DNA from: Polyangia bacterium
GTDB lineage: Bacteria > Myxococcota_A > Polyangia > JAAYKL01
Reading direction: 5' to 3'
DNA: 64,000 bases
Assembly (NCBI GenBank): GCA_050287845.1
Contig: JBNKCR010000017.1
Span: 1-64,000, forward strand
Positions 8,930 to 19,800 of this stretch are shown here, piece after piece (the stretch's first letter is position 1; each line of letters begins with the position of its first letter). Made by a program: the position numbers and the translations under genes. Under the pieces are notes generated by a model. The model worked only from the letters and a program-made list of their open reading frames with translations, was not told where the DNA came from and made no database searches.

Positions 8930-11073
8930 TTCGCCATTCCCTTCTTCCATACCCGGACCTGATTTCGACCACTCTCCTTGGCCACATACAGCGCAGCATC
9001 CGCCCGTTCAACCAGGTCCTCCTTTGAAGCGGCATGCACCGGAAACTCTGCAACTCCCATGGAAATCGTGCATCTCAATTCCCCTTTGTCCGTGTGAAAA
9101 CACTGACGCTCCAAATCCGTTCGAATCCGTTCGCCGAGCTGTACCGCCCCGGCAGTATCAGTACCGCCACAGATGATTACAAATTCCTCGCCACCGTATC
9201 GCGCCGGCATGTCGGTGTCGCGCACCACATTGCGCTTGAGGGTTTCTCCAAGGGCCTTGAGCACCACATCACCCACTGTGTGGCCATACGTATCATTGAC
9301 TCTCTTGAACTTATCCACATCGCACAGAATCACCGAAGTGGGCGTTCCGAAGCGGCTGGAATGGGCCAGCTGCCGCACCAACTCCTCCTGAAACGATCGA
9401 TGATTCGGCAATCCAGTCAGACCGTCAGTGGTCGCCAACTCCTTAAGCTGCTGCACCATGGCGGCATTCTGAATCTTGGTCCCCAGCTGATTGATCATCA
9501 CCTGAAGCGTCGTTCGAATATCTTCTGTATACACACCGGATTCCACGGCTGCGAGCATCAGCGTACCCAGAACTGCATCCCCACTTGAAAGGGGCAACAC
9601 CAGCAGTGACGACATGTTCAAAAACGCGGACTGCACTTTCTTTGTGTACACAATCTGCTGTTTCGCATCGAAGCTGCCGCGATAGGGCAGGTAGTGTCCG
9701 GTTTTCGTCACCGATCCGGCCAGTCCGCATTTACTGGTCATCTGCAGGGATACCAGCTTTTCGGCGTTCACCCCGCGCGCGGCCATGATTTTCTGTTTTC
9801 CAGGACCGTTTTCGAGGGCAACGGCCGCCATATCAAATGGTGCAATGAGCGCCGCTGCGTCAAGGGCCGCCTGAACCACATCATCGGTATTGAGCGCCCG
9901 GCTGAGTGATTCGGATGCCTCGAGCAGAAGAGATTGTTCCGACTTGGCTTTCTGCAACTGAACAAACACCCGTTCGTTGGACACATTCTGGAGAATGCTC
10001 TCCACCGATGCCGAAAACACCGCCCGCTCCCGGTCGTTGAAGCCGCTGTGGCCCGTGCGATCGCCACACAATACTCCGTGGATGGCGCTGCCTTCCCGAA
10101 TGGGTACGCCGATAAAATCCGTGACGGGTGTTTCTTCGGAATAATAGACCAGCGAGGGATGACCTGGGCGCAAATCCTTGAGCACCATGGGTTGACCGCT
10201 CTGATAAATCGCGCCCACGACCCCTTCTTTCGCGCTGTAGTCCCGATGGGCAATGGCATCGCTATCGGTCACGCATTCCTGCATCCGCAGTGTTCGTTGC
10301 CCCTCTTTTTCCCAGAACAGAATACACGTATTGAGATTGAGCGTCTGCTTGAGCAAATCCACATGCTGATACATGGCCCGGCGAACCGCAGCCACCGTAC
10401 ACCGTGAAAGCCGCTCTTCTTCTTCCTTGCGGGCCGCGGCGCTGTTGCCACTGCGGGTGGCCGATGTCAGTCGAAACGATCGGGCATCACTGTCCATCTG
10501 CTGCTTTTCCTGTTCAATCCTTTTCTGTGCACTGCTTCGCATCCGCGTTACTTCCGCCCGGGTGAACATCAGGTTGATCACCGAAAACAAGGCAATGAAC
10601 ACGCCATGCAGAATGGTTGAGGACCAGCCATTAATGCCGGGATGCGCCGCCACTGAAGCGAACTCCAGGAGAATGGTCACCGCCACCAGTGTGAATCCCA
10701 CCCATTGAGATGTGTACACCACCAGAAACGCCACCAGTACCAGCAGCGCCGGATAATATGGTGACGAAAAACCACCCGCCATCTGAATCCCCGCATGAGT
10801 GGCCAGCACCAGCAGTAAACCCAGTTCAAAATTCACGCGATTCAATACCGACTCGCTCTGAATGTACGCCGTAAACCGGGTTTTCACTTTCAATCCAAAA
10901 AGCAACACCCAGATACCAAACATTGAAAACACGATGAGCCGGTTTGTTCCGGTCAGGTCCGTGGCGAAAACCCCGTGCACCAGCAGTGCGGCGAACGCGC
11001 CTGAAAAAATAAACGTCCGCGACAGCCGAAGTCCCCGCTTGATTCCATAAATCGTATATTCGAGAGTAGACAC
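8926..11073 (-). CDS. membrane-bound GAF-GAF-GGDEF diguanylate cyclase
   Basis: Several N-terminal TM helices; two GAF-like domains; DGLTGLPN, DVDKFKRVND.YGH..GD, I-site RDTD and active site RYGGEEF. Confidence 0.92.
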   Translation of the reverse strand: MSTLEYTIYGIKRGLRLSRTFIFSGAFAALLVHGVFATDLTGTNRLIVFSMFGIWVLLFGLKVKTRFTAYIQSESVLNRVNFELGLLLVLATHAGIQMAGGFSSPYYPALLVLVAFLVVYTSQWVGFTLVAVTILLEFASVAAHPGINGWSSTILHGVFIALFSVINLMFTRAEVTRMRSSAQKRIEQEKQQMDSDARSFRLTSATRSGNSAAARKEEEERLSRCTVAAVRRAMYQHVDLLKQTLNLNTCILFWEKEGQRTLRMQECVTDSDAIAHRDYSAKEGVVGAIYQSGQPMVLKDLRPGHPSLVYYSEETPVTDFIGVPIREGSAIHGVLCGDRTGHSGFNDRERAVFSASVESILQNVSNERVFVQLQKAKSEQSLLLEASESLSRALNTDDVVQAALDAAALIAPFDMAAVALENGPGKQKIMAARGVNAEKLVSLQMTSKCGLAGSVTKTGHYLPYRGSFDAKQQIVYTKKVQSAFLNMSSLLVLPLSSGDAVLGTLMLAAVESGVYTEDIRTTLQVMINQLGTKIQNAAMVQQLKELATTDGLTGLPNHRSFQEELVRQLAHSSRFGTPTSVILCDVDKFKRVNDTYGHTVGDVVLKALGETLKRNVVRDTDMPARYGGEEFVIICGGTDTAGAVQLGERIRTDLERQCFHTDKGELRCTISMGVAEFPVHAASKEDLVERADAALYVAKESGRNQVRVWKKGMAK

Positions 11074-11442
11074 CCTGTTATCTCCAGAAAAAAATAGACC
11101 TGCATATCAACGTATCGAAGTGGTTTTCTGCGGTCAAAATAACTACCTGTTTTTTTCAAATAAACATTGCTGTCGGAGTGCTTCGATTACAGCGCTTTCA
11201 TTGGGGCGCTCTGCTGCGCTGCCAGACCTGTCGGCAACATTGTTTAAGCCGAACTGATTTTATGGATTTCACTGCGCATACGCACAGCAGACCCTCATCA
11301 TCAAAGGGTGATCCGCTACGACTGTAAATTAATTTTGCCAGTCTTTTGTCGACAACTTGCATTGCGCGTATGATTTTGCAGTGTTAAGCTTTTTTTTTCA
11401 CAACAATCTCATGATTCCCAATCGTTGGGACGGGAGGATCGT

Positions 11443-11757
11443 ATGGCAAACACAGTTATTGGCAGCTCAATTGTAATCGATGGAGAAATCTCGGGAGATG
11501 AAGACCTGGTTATTCAGGGTACGGTCAAAGGCCGCGTCAGTCTTAAGCAGAATGTGTATGTGGAAGAATCCGGCGTTGTGGAGGCAGATGTGGAAACCAA
11601 CAATATCGAAATCTCCGGTCAGGTGACTGGCAATATCGTTGCCTCGGATAAAGTGGAAATCACTTCTGGTGGCAGAACAGTGGGTGACATTAAAGCTCCC
11701 AGAATTTTAATCGCAGACGGTGCCATTTTTAAAGGCAACGTGGATATGGATGTATAG
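11443..11757 (+). CDS. bactofilin (polymer-forming cytoskeletal protein), short type
   Basis: TVIGSSIVIDGEISGDEDLVIQGTVKG...GDIKAPRILIADGAIFKGNVDM; GGGAGG RBS. Confidence 0.92.
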   Translation: MANTVIGSSIVIDGEISGDEDLVIQGTVKGRVSLKQNVYVEESGVVEADVETNNIEISGQVTGNIVASDKVEITSGGRTVGDIKAPRILIADGAIFKGNVDMDV

Positions 11758-11809
11758 TTTCCAGGTGAACGTCACATTGGGTGCAAGTTGTAATTAAGGA
11801 GAGACAAAT

Positions 11810-12472
11810 ATGAGTGAACCCATTACCATTATCGGTTCTGAAACCATTGTAAGTGGAAACCTCGAAGGTGACGAGGACCTGACCATAGAAGGGCGGGTCG
11901 AAGGAAGTATTTCCCTTTCACGAACCCTCACCGTTGAAGTGGGCGGCGTTGTACGGGCAGACATCAATGTGCGCAATGCGGTTATCAGCGGGGTGCTGGT
12001 CGGAAATGTGGAAGCCCAGGAGTCTGTTCACATCACCGATCAGGGTCGTGTGGTTGGCGACATATCCGCACCGCGCGTCATCCTGGTGGATGGATCGTCG
12101 TTCAAAGGCAATATCGATATGGGTGATTTCGACATTGAGCAGGAAGTGCCTGAACGCACTGAACGGCAAACCGCTCGACCCGTGGCAACACCGATAACTC
12201 GGGTTCGCACCGAAAAAAAAGAAATCGCGCCGGTCACCGCTGAACCGGAAGAGTCGGAAAAAGTTGAAGCAGAAGAAAAAGAAGAAGCCGCCAGCGAAAC
12301 CTCTGTCACTGCCAGAGTTCGACGTGCCCTGCCAGTGCGCACCACCTCATCGAGTAAGGCTGCGCCTCCGGTAGTTCGCCCCACTGTGGCAAAAGCAAAG
12401 ACAAAAGAGCCGCCGGCACCCAAAGTCCGCTCCATCGGAAAAAAGACCAAAGCAAAAAAGAAAAAAGGCTGA
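11810..12472 (+). CDS. bactofilin with long disordered C-terminal tail (BacP-like)
   Basis: Bactofilin domain followed by a ~110-aa Glu/Pro/Ala/Lys-rich tail ending KKTKAKKKKG. Confidence 0.9.
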   Translation: MSEPITIIGSETIVSGNLEGDEDLTIEGRVEGSISLSRTLTVEVGGVVRADINVRNAVISGVLVGNVEAQESVHITDQGRVVGDISAPRVILVDGSSFKGNIDMGDFDIEQEVPERTERQTARPVATPITRVRTEKKEIAPVTAEPEESEKVEAEEKEEAASETSVTARVRRALPVRTTSSSKAAPPVVRPTVAKAKTKEPPAPKVRSIGKKTKAKKKKG

Positions 12473-12592
12473 TGTCCCGCTTCCCTGCTTTTCCTCTCTG
12501 TTTTATTGAGCATTTCGCTGCTGCGACGAATAAAACAGGAACTTGAACCTGTAAAATGTGTTTTTTCATGTACCGGCGTCTGACTGCGAGGA

Positions 12593-13483
12593 GTGAGGAT
12601 GTTCGATAATCCCGGAACCGGAACCATTTCCAGAGGTTCCATCCTGTGCTGTGCTGTTGTGATTGTCACCATCCTGATGGCGCCGCAGGTATCATCGGCA
12701 TTCGACCTGTCCACCACCGACGATTTTCCCTATGACCTGACGGCAGCCACCGAACTGGCGCTCGTGCCTGCGGGAATCACCCTGCTCTCCCTCGGTGCCA
12801 TCCTTGAAACGGGAGCCCGTCCCCCCACAGAAAAAGAAGTGATGGCGCTCGATGAAAACGATATTCCTTTTTTTGATCGCTCCGCGGTTCATCACTTTTC
12901 AAAAGCAGCCAACACGGCCAGTGACGTGGGTCTGATTGCCATGGAATCCGCGCCTGCGCTGCTGGCCCTGTATCAAATTTTTCATATGAAAAAAAGATGG
13001 AAAAACCTCCTCACCCTGGGTGCCATGTATGGTGAAGCAATCACGCTCACCGGGGGTGCAACCCAGGTCACTAAAATTCTGGCTGCCAGACCCCGCCCGT
13101 TTGTCTACAATGATGACGTACCGATGGCCTCTAAAATTAACGACCCGTATAAATCGTTTTTTTCCGGACATACGTCGTCGGTGTTCTGCAGCGCCCTGTT
13201 CATCGGCACCGTATTTTCAGATTTACATCCCCGATCGCCCTGGCGATTCGTTGTATGGAGCACCAGTCTTTCCGTTGCCACACTCACCGGAACCATGCGG
13301 TATTTTGCCGGAAAGCATTTTCCCTCAGACATTCTGGTCGGGGCTGCGGTGGGCAGCCTGTTCGGGTACATCGTACCCTACCTGCACCGCAAATCCATCT
13401 GGCGGGATACCAGAATAAGAATTGCCATTCTGCCGGAAGTTTCAAATCGTTTTGCCGGTGTTCAGGTTCTCCTGGGAATTTAG
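12593..13483 (+). CDS. PAP2-family membrane phosphatase
   Basis: K......RP (KILAARPRP), SFFSGH, R...GKHFPSD...G. Confidence 0.88.
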   Translation: MRMFDNPGTGTISRGSILCCAVVIVTILMAPQVSSAFDLSTTDDFPYDLTAATELALVPAGITLLSLGAILETGARPPTEKEVMALDENDIPFFDRSAVHHFSKAANTASDVGLIAMESAPALLALYQIFHMKKRWKNLLTLGAMYGEAITLTGGATQVTKILAARPRPFVYNDDVPMASKINDPYKSFFSGHTSSVFCSALFIGTVFSDLHPRSPWRFVVWSTSLSVATLTGTMRYFAGKHFPSDILVGAAVGSLFGYIVPYLHRKSIWRDTRIRIAILPEVSNRFAGVQVLLGI

Positions 13484-13676
13484 CATCTTTGCTTCCTCGG
13501 GTTTTATCCGGAAAGTATCAGTCGCTTCAGTTTGAGATATAAAATTCTTCAATATGGATATGGTCTCTGCCCCCATGGGACATCTGAAAATTGCTTTCCA
13601 AGCAGCCGATTCATGATTATAACGCAGCACAACAGCGCATTGTCTTTATAAACAGCCTGAAAAAGCAGGAGTCCAC

Positions 13677-14687
13677 ATGTCAAAAGTCAAACATCTGATT
13701 ACCACCGGGGGATTGATTCTGCTGACCAGTTGCGGACAGAAGGCGGATTCGCCCAAAGCCGCTCCCCAGAATCACACCGAAAGATCACCATCCACCAGCC
13801 AGACCCCGGCCCAAACCAGGCCGGAACCACCGGCCGTGCCCAGACTGGACGCATCAAAAATTCAGCTCAGCGGCCCTGGCAGGGTTCTTCAAAAAGAATT
13901 CGGTGAGTGGTTCATCGCCACCGAACCCCGGTATTTCGGTCCGGACAATCTGTATGACCTCATCAATGGAGGCTCCGAAATTTTCATCGCGTACGGGTTT
14001 GAACAGATTGTCACCACCGACTACCGGCACCAGGGGCATCCCACCGTAACCATCACCGCAGAAGTGTACGACATGAAAACCCCTCTCGGTGCGTTTGGCC
14101 GCGTCTCCAAATATCTGGAGAACCTGGCCAACCCCCGGGACGCGGGGAAGGGACTTTCCGACCCCATGGCCAACGTGGGGATTCTCGGAGAAGGCGACCT
14201 CATCTTCTGGAAAAACAGATACGTTGTTCACCTGATGCTGATGGATGAAGACCCCGAGGCGACGCCGGACAGCATTGCCTCGCTTTCCAGCAGCGTGATT
14301 CCCGGCATCGGTCGGACCATCTTCGATACCATTGAGGCATCAGAACCCATCCCGGAAGTGGCGCTGTTTCCATTGAAAAACCTGATACCGCGAAGCCAGT
14401 CATTTGTGTATGATTTTGAAGTCGGTGACCAGAAAATCAACGCTTTCACAGCCCGATATAAGAACAATGATGTTGAATGGCAGCTGTTCATCACCCCGCC
14501 CGACTATAAAAACAAACTGAAAATGGCGCCGTTCAACGTGGATTTAAAAGCGGCCGGAATTGCGGAAGCACAGGGTTTCAAGGACCGCGTCTTCGGAGTT
14601 CGCACCGTCAGCGACACCTCCCCGGATGAGTCGATTATAAAGACTCAGCTGGACGCAGTCCAAAACGCCCTGTCCAAAGCAGAGTGA
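13677..14687 (+). CDS. lipoprotein of unknown function (DUF6599-like)
   Basis: Lipobox LTSC; motifs NLYDLINGGSE.F..YGF and EVYDM.TPLGAFG. Confidence 0.7.
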   Translation: MSKVKHLITTGGLILLTSCGQKADSPKAAPQNHTERSPSTSQTPAQTRPEPPAVPRLDASKIQLSGPGRVLQKEFGEWFIATEPRYFGPDNLYDLINGGSEIFIAYGFEQIVTTDYRHQGHPTVTITAEVYDMKTPLGAFGRVSKYLENLANPRDAGKGLSDPMANVGILGEGDLIFWKNRYVVHLMLMDEDPEATPDSIASLSSSVIPGIGRTIFDTIEASEPIPEVALFPLKNLIPRSQSFVYDFEVGDQKINAFTARYKNNDVEWQLFITPPDYKNKLKMAPFNVDLKAAGIAEAQGFKDRVFGVRTVSDTSPDESIIKTQLDAVQNALSKAE

Positions 14688-14995
14688 CTCCCCGGTCCCC
14701 TCCTGTTCCGGCTGCCCATGCTGGCGCACATGCACGGGGTCAAAGATATATTTGTTGCATTGCTTCGACCCGAAGGTTCCAGAACCGTGCCGCACATGTT
14801 CCACCGCACCCTGTGCTCCCTGGTGTCCGAGAGGTTGAATTCAGACCATGTCCCCGAATCCGTTCCCAAATCCGTTCTGGTGGAATTCATTGCCGGTGGC
14901 CAAGTGGCGGTGGCCAAATGAAGGGTTCACTGAAGCGCCGGACAAATCTGTCGGCGAAATCCACGAACTGTCTGTGAATCTCGTCACCCCCCTGT
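14688..14995 (+). pseudogene. remnant of the C-terminal domain of a TetR/AcrR-family regulator
   Basis: LPMLAHM...FVALL...VPKSVLVEFIAGGQVAVAK-stop, then after a +1 shift EAPDKSVGEIHEL; resembles TetR C-terminal helices; no HTH or plausible start. Confidence 0.45.
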
Positions 14996-15032
14996 TTTCC
15001 CCAAAAAAATAGGATGCGACGCATCGCCGGGT

Positions 15033-16589
15033 TTATCGGATGATGGTGTTGCCGGAGCGCAGCTCGGCCAGCAGGGAATCGTCAACGTGGGATTTCACGG
15101 TGCGTCGATCGATATTCAGACGTTTCGCCGTTTCCACATAACTTCCGGTGCGGGCATACACGTGAGTACAGTAGGTGCGAAGCAACCCATCCGCCGTCAC
15201 CTCTCCCTGCTCGAGAGAGTGTGCCAATGACTGCGCCGCTTTGGGGACCTTCCGCATGGGTATATAGCACCCGCGCACCAGAATATTGCTCACACACTGC
15301 TCCAGCTCCCGGATATTTCCGGGCCACTCATACCCCCGGGGCATCTGCTTCTCAATATATGACATGGTCAGTCTGGTCAACTCGTCACATTCTTCTTCCC
15401 CCGCGAGAGTACTGGCCAATTGACGCACAATGGTGGTCAGCTCCGCCGGGTTGTCACAAATCTGTTCGAACAGCGTCGGCGTATGAATCACATCCGCGCA
15501 CAGGCGAAAATACAAATCTTCACGAAACCGGTTTTCGTTGATGCGTTGCTGCAGATTCAGATTGGTGGCGGCCACCACTTTTCCTTCAAACCGCCGAATA
15601 TGCCGGGTCCCCACTTTCGTATATTCCCCGGATTGCAATACCCGCAGCAGTTTTACCTGAATATCCGCCGACACATCCCCCACCTCATCGAGGAACAGGG
15701 TGCTGTACGGTCCCCCCGAATCCAGAAATCCATCGGTGTCCTTCACCGCACCGGTGAACGCCCCCTTCACATATCCGAACAGTTCCGATTCAATGAGCGT
15801 GGGTGAAAGCGCCGTCAGATTAATCGGATAATATTTCTGCCCGAAAGGCACCGCAAAATCTCCGGTTGATTTGTTGAAGGGAATATAGCGCGATACCCCG
15901 ATGGCCCTGGCGACCAGGTCTTTGCCGGTACCTGTTTTTCCAAGAATGAGTGTGGTAATGCGATCCATCCTCTGGTAGAGCGATCGATGATATCGCTCCA
16001 TGCTGGCGGTAAACACCGATTCCCACACTGCTGCCCGCAATCTGGCCACAGCGCCGGAAGCTCCGAATATGTACCGGAAGATAAAATGAAACGCCCGCCG
16101 AATCACAAAAAACAACGCGTACAGATGGGCCGGGTCCATATTGCCGAACCCTGTCGCGTCCCCCTGCGGGGAGCCGTTCTGAACATCTGCGATGTAATAG
16201 TTCACCTGCTCTGCAAAGGCATCAAACTGCAGGTGGGACCGGTCCGAGGTGAGAATGTATCGATACAGAGAATCCTCGCAGACATAGTACAGCGCAAACA
16301 AAACCAGAGAGCGATACACATCCCTTTCCGCTGCATCGACAAATGCCTCGCCCTCGGAAAGACGGATACGCGCCTGGTGGAGTAACCGGTGGGCGAGGGC
16401 GGTAATGGCCACCACGTTGGGGTTCTCCTCCAGACTCTGGGTTGCATTCCAGTAGTTGTGAAGGGGAACAAATGCATCCTTCAGAATCAGCCGTTCCAGC
16501 TCAATGCGTTTTTCGAGAAATGGATTGGTGAAACCCAGAGCGCCGATGCTTGCGGCCAACCCACGTTCGTGTTCATTAAAAATGGTCAT
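15033..16589 (-). CDS. sigma-54-dependent enhancer-binding activator with unrecognised N-terminal domain
   Basis: Walker A GKTGTGKD, ESELFGYVKGAFTGA, LFLDEVG, RFREDLYFRL, WPGNIREL, C-terminal HTH. Confidence 0.92.
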   Translation of the reverse strand: MTIFNEHERGLAASIGALGFTNPFLEKRIELERLILKDAFVPLHNYWNATQSLEENPNVVAITALAHRLLHQARIRLSEGEAFVDAAERDVYRSLVLFALYYVCEDSLYRYILTSDRSHLQFDAFAEQVNYYIADVQNGSPQGDATGFGNMDPAHLYALFFVIRRAFHFIFRYIFGASGAVARLRAAVWESVFTASMERYHRSLYQRMDRITTLILGKTGTGKDLVARAIGVSRYIPFNKSTGDFAVPFGQKYYPINLTALSPTLIESELFGYVKGAFTGAVKDTDGFLDSGGPYSTLFLDEVGDVSADIQVKLLRVLQSGEYTKVGTRHIRRFEGKVVAATNLNLQQRINENRFREDLYFRLCADVIHTPTLFEQICDNPAELTTIVRQLASTLAGEEECDELTRLTMSYIEKQMPRGYEWPGNIRELEQCVSNILVRGCYIPMRKVPKAAQSLAHSLEQGEVTADGLLRTYCTHVYARTGSYVETAKRLNIDRRTVKSHVDDSLLAELRSGNTIIR

Positions 16590-16612
16590 TTTTCACATCC
16601 TCTGTTCACTTA

Positions 16613-16641
16613 ATGTACACAAAACTTCATTATTTGCACAT
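16613..16641. promoter_or_regulatory. candidate enhancer (UAS) palindrome
   Basis: ATGTACA-N15-TGCACAT imperfect inverted repeat about 130-160 bp upstream of the sigma-54 promoter. Confidence 0.4.
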
Positions 16642-16719
16642 CCCATCCTGAAACAAAAGCCATTTGGAATTCCTTTTCGGGTACTCCGTCCCCAGCATTC
16701 AATTGTAAAAATAAATTAA

Positions 16720-16732
16720 AATCAATAACTTA
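16720..16732 (+). promoter_or_regulatory. IHF binding site
   Basis: AATCAATAACTTA matches WATCAAN4TTR, is preceded by an A/T tract and lies between the candidate UAS and the promoter. Confidence 0.6.
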
Positions 16733-16771
16733 ACCGATTCAGCCACCATGGCATACCTGAATCACGGCATC

Positions 16772-16787
16772 TGGCCCGCTGCCTGCA
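16772..16787 (+). promoter_or_regulatory. sigma-54 promoter
   Basis: TGGCCCG-CTGC-CTGCA about 55 bp upstream of the ATG at 16842, with a divergent enhancer-binding protein gene adjacent. Confidence 0.65.
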
Positions 16788-16841
16788 ATCGGATAGGCGC
16801 AGGTTCGCAATCCGCGCACCCCCATCGCAAAGGAATGAATT

Positions 16842-19800
16842 ATGACCACTTATATCGCTTTTTCCCGCAGGACATTTCTGCCCATGAGCGGCACCTATCT
16901 GTTGGGTGTATTTAATGATCATTTTTTCAAGGAAGCCGCCATTCTGCTGGCGTTTGCCGCTGGGCTCAGTGAATTGCAAAGCCCCATCATCAAGTATTTC
17001 AGTCTGCCATTCATTCTGTTTTCCGCCTATGCCGGATACTTCGCGGACCGGTTTCCAAAGCGCAACGTGGTTATTGTTTCCAAATATCTGGAACTCGTCG
17101 CCATGGGGATTGGCGCCGTGGGGATGGTCACCCTGAACTTTCCACTGATGGTTGCCATGGTGTTCGCCATGGCGCTGCAGTCCACCCTTTTTGGCCCGGC
17201 ACTCAACGGCGCCATTCCCGAACTGTTTGCCCCAACCCATGTCACCCGGGTGAACGCCCTGCTGAAAATGATCACCACCATTTCCATTATTGTGGGTATT
17301 GTGCTGGCTGGGATGCTGATGGATGTCGATGTTCATCGATTCAATCTGTCCCCGGTCCAGTTGCTGGCCGGGGTGGTGATTGCCGTTGCCATATTGGGTG
17401 TGATTCTTTCATACCGAATCAAATCACGACCCACTCCCTCGGACCAGTTCCACCGTCCCTTCCCGTGGAAAGGTCCCATCCAATCCCTGGCGGACGCCGT
17501 CGCACTCCGCCACTCCCCCAGACTGCTGCGCGCCCTCCTGGGCAGCACCTTTTTCTACGTTGCCTCCACCCTGGTGCTGGCCGCCATCCACGAACTCTGC
17601 CTCACGGACCTCGGGTTCACCAATACCTTTACCAGCGCTCTCACCGGAATGGTTGCCATCGGTGTTGCATCGGGCAGCCTTTTTTCCATCAGACTTTCCA
17701 GACACCTTCAACACGAACAGATATTCGTACCTGCCGCGCTGGCGTTCGGTCTCATGCTGATTCTGGCGGCCCAGGTTACTCATTGGCCACTGATCAACGA
17801 AAAGGTTCACCTCGCGGCCACCCTCTTTTTCAGCGGCGCATTCGGTGGCATGTTCCTGATTCCCCTGCTCACCTACATTCAGGTTACCCCGGGGAATGGT
17901 GAGAAAGGGAAAGTTATCGGCATCAACAATTTCCTGGATTTTTCCGGCATCTTTATCGCCGGACAACTCTTCGGCTGGCTGCACCCCGCCATTTCTTCCA
18001 CCGACCTGTTGTGGATAACCGGCGCATTCGCCATCATCGTCGCCGCCATTTTTCGCTGGCATCACCAATTACAAAGAGGGAAGGGCGATACAACAAATCA
18101 ACCGCATCGGCCGGTTTCATTGACCCGACGACTGTTGATTTCCGTCCTCCAATGGATACTGAAGTTGAGATATCGGGTGGTGGTCAATACGTCTGCACCG
18201 GTCATACGACAGGGGTCATCCGGTATCCTGTTTGTGGCCAACCATCCGGCCCTCATCGATCCCATTATTGTGATGTCGCGACTGTATTCCGACTTTCAAC
18301 CACGCCCTCTGGCAGATGAGTCCCAGATGAAGCGTCCCGGTCTCCGACACCTGTTCCGTCTGGTGCACCCGGTACTCATTCCCGATGTGAAAACCGACGG
18401 CAGAGACGCCCGGTTTCGGGCCAGAGCCGCCATCGACAACGTAATTGAGGCCCTCGGAGCAGGGGACAACATTCTGCTGTATCCCGCCGGACGCATCTAT
18501 CGGGCAAAACGCGAATACCTGGGTGCCAACTCCGCCGTGGAAACCATCCTGAATCGGGCGCCCGATGCCACAGTGGTGATGATTCGAACCACCGGTCTCT
18601 TTGGCAGCGCCTTTTCCCGCGCATCCGGTAAGCCACCAAAGCTTCGGCATATTTTCCCCAAAGCCATTGTCTCCCTTCTCGGCGCCGGGATATTCTTTCT
18701 CCCCAGACGAACCGTGACTATCGACATTACGCCATCGCCGGATTTTCCACGCCACGCCGGCCGTCTCGAAATGAATCGATATATGGAAAACTTTTTCAAT
18801 GCCGGTACGCCGGCCACGGTTCACGTGCCCTATACGCTAGCTGGAAAAACCAGAACCAACACTGCCCCATGGGCCAAACCTTCCCCAAAAGGCGGTACGA
18901 AGTCGAAGCGTGACTGTGGGGAACTCCTGACCCACAGGCAGAAGTCCCTGATTTCCCGTTTCATTAAAGAAAAACTGAAACTTGACCAGATTAGTCAATC
19001 GCAATCTCTCTCCATGGATTTGGGGATGGACTCTATCCTTAAAATGGAGCTGGCGCTCTGGATTGAGCAACAGTTTCGTGTGCCGCCCATCCCCGTGGAA
19101 TCCCTGGAAACGGTACAGGACTGCTACCTGGCCGCATCCGGCGGTTTCACCGGATCACCGTCCCCGGATATTTTTCCGGACGCGGCGTGGTGGCGTCCAT
19201 CTTCCACAACACCATCCCGGAATGCCGAGCTTCGGGCGATGAAAGGCGATACGATTGCCAGGCTGTTTCTCCAACAGGCGAAAACGACCCCCAACCGGCC
19301 CATCATTGCCGATCCCCTGCGGGGCACGCTGACCTATCGGCAACTGCTCACTGCCATTTTCGCCCTCAAACCCCACATCGCGTCCATCAATGGCGACCGG
19401 GTGGGCATCATGTTGCCCTCGTCCACCAGTGCAGTGATTGCCTATCTGGCCACCATGTTTGCCGGAAAAACACCGGTGATGTTCAACTTCACCGCCGGTA
19501 TCAGGGCCGTTACCCACGGAATCGCCACCACCGGAACCCGGGCCATTCTCACTTCGTCCCTGTTTCTGAACAAACTGAATGCACAGGGCCTCGACTACCG
19601 GGATACCGGGGCAACACTGATGGCGCTCGAAGATATTTCAACGCGCATTTCGCTGATTCACAAAATCCGGGCAATAATATGCGCGCGACTCGGAATCCGA
19701 TACCTTGAAAATTCACCCATCAGTACCACAGCTGCCATTCTGTTTACCAGCAGTTCAGAAGCACTTCCAAAGGCTGTACCGCTCACCCACAGAAATATCA

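Noticed and set aside
11366..11381. Possible sigma-54 promoter before the bactofilins
   Set aside because: TTGCA is present but the invariant -24 GG is missing
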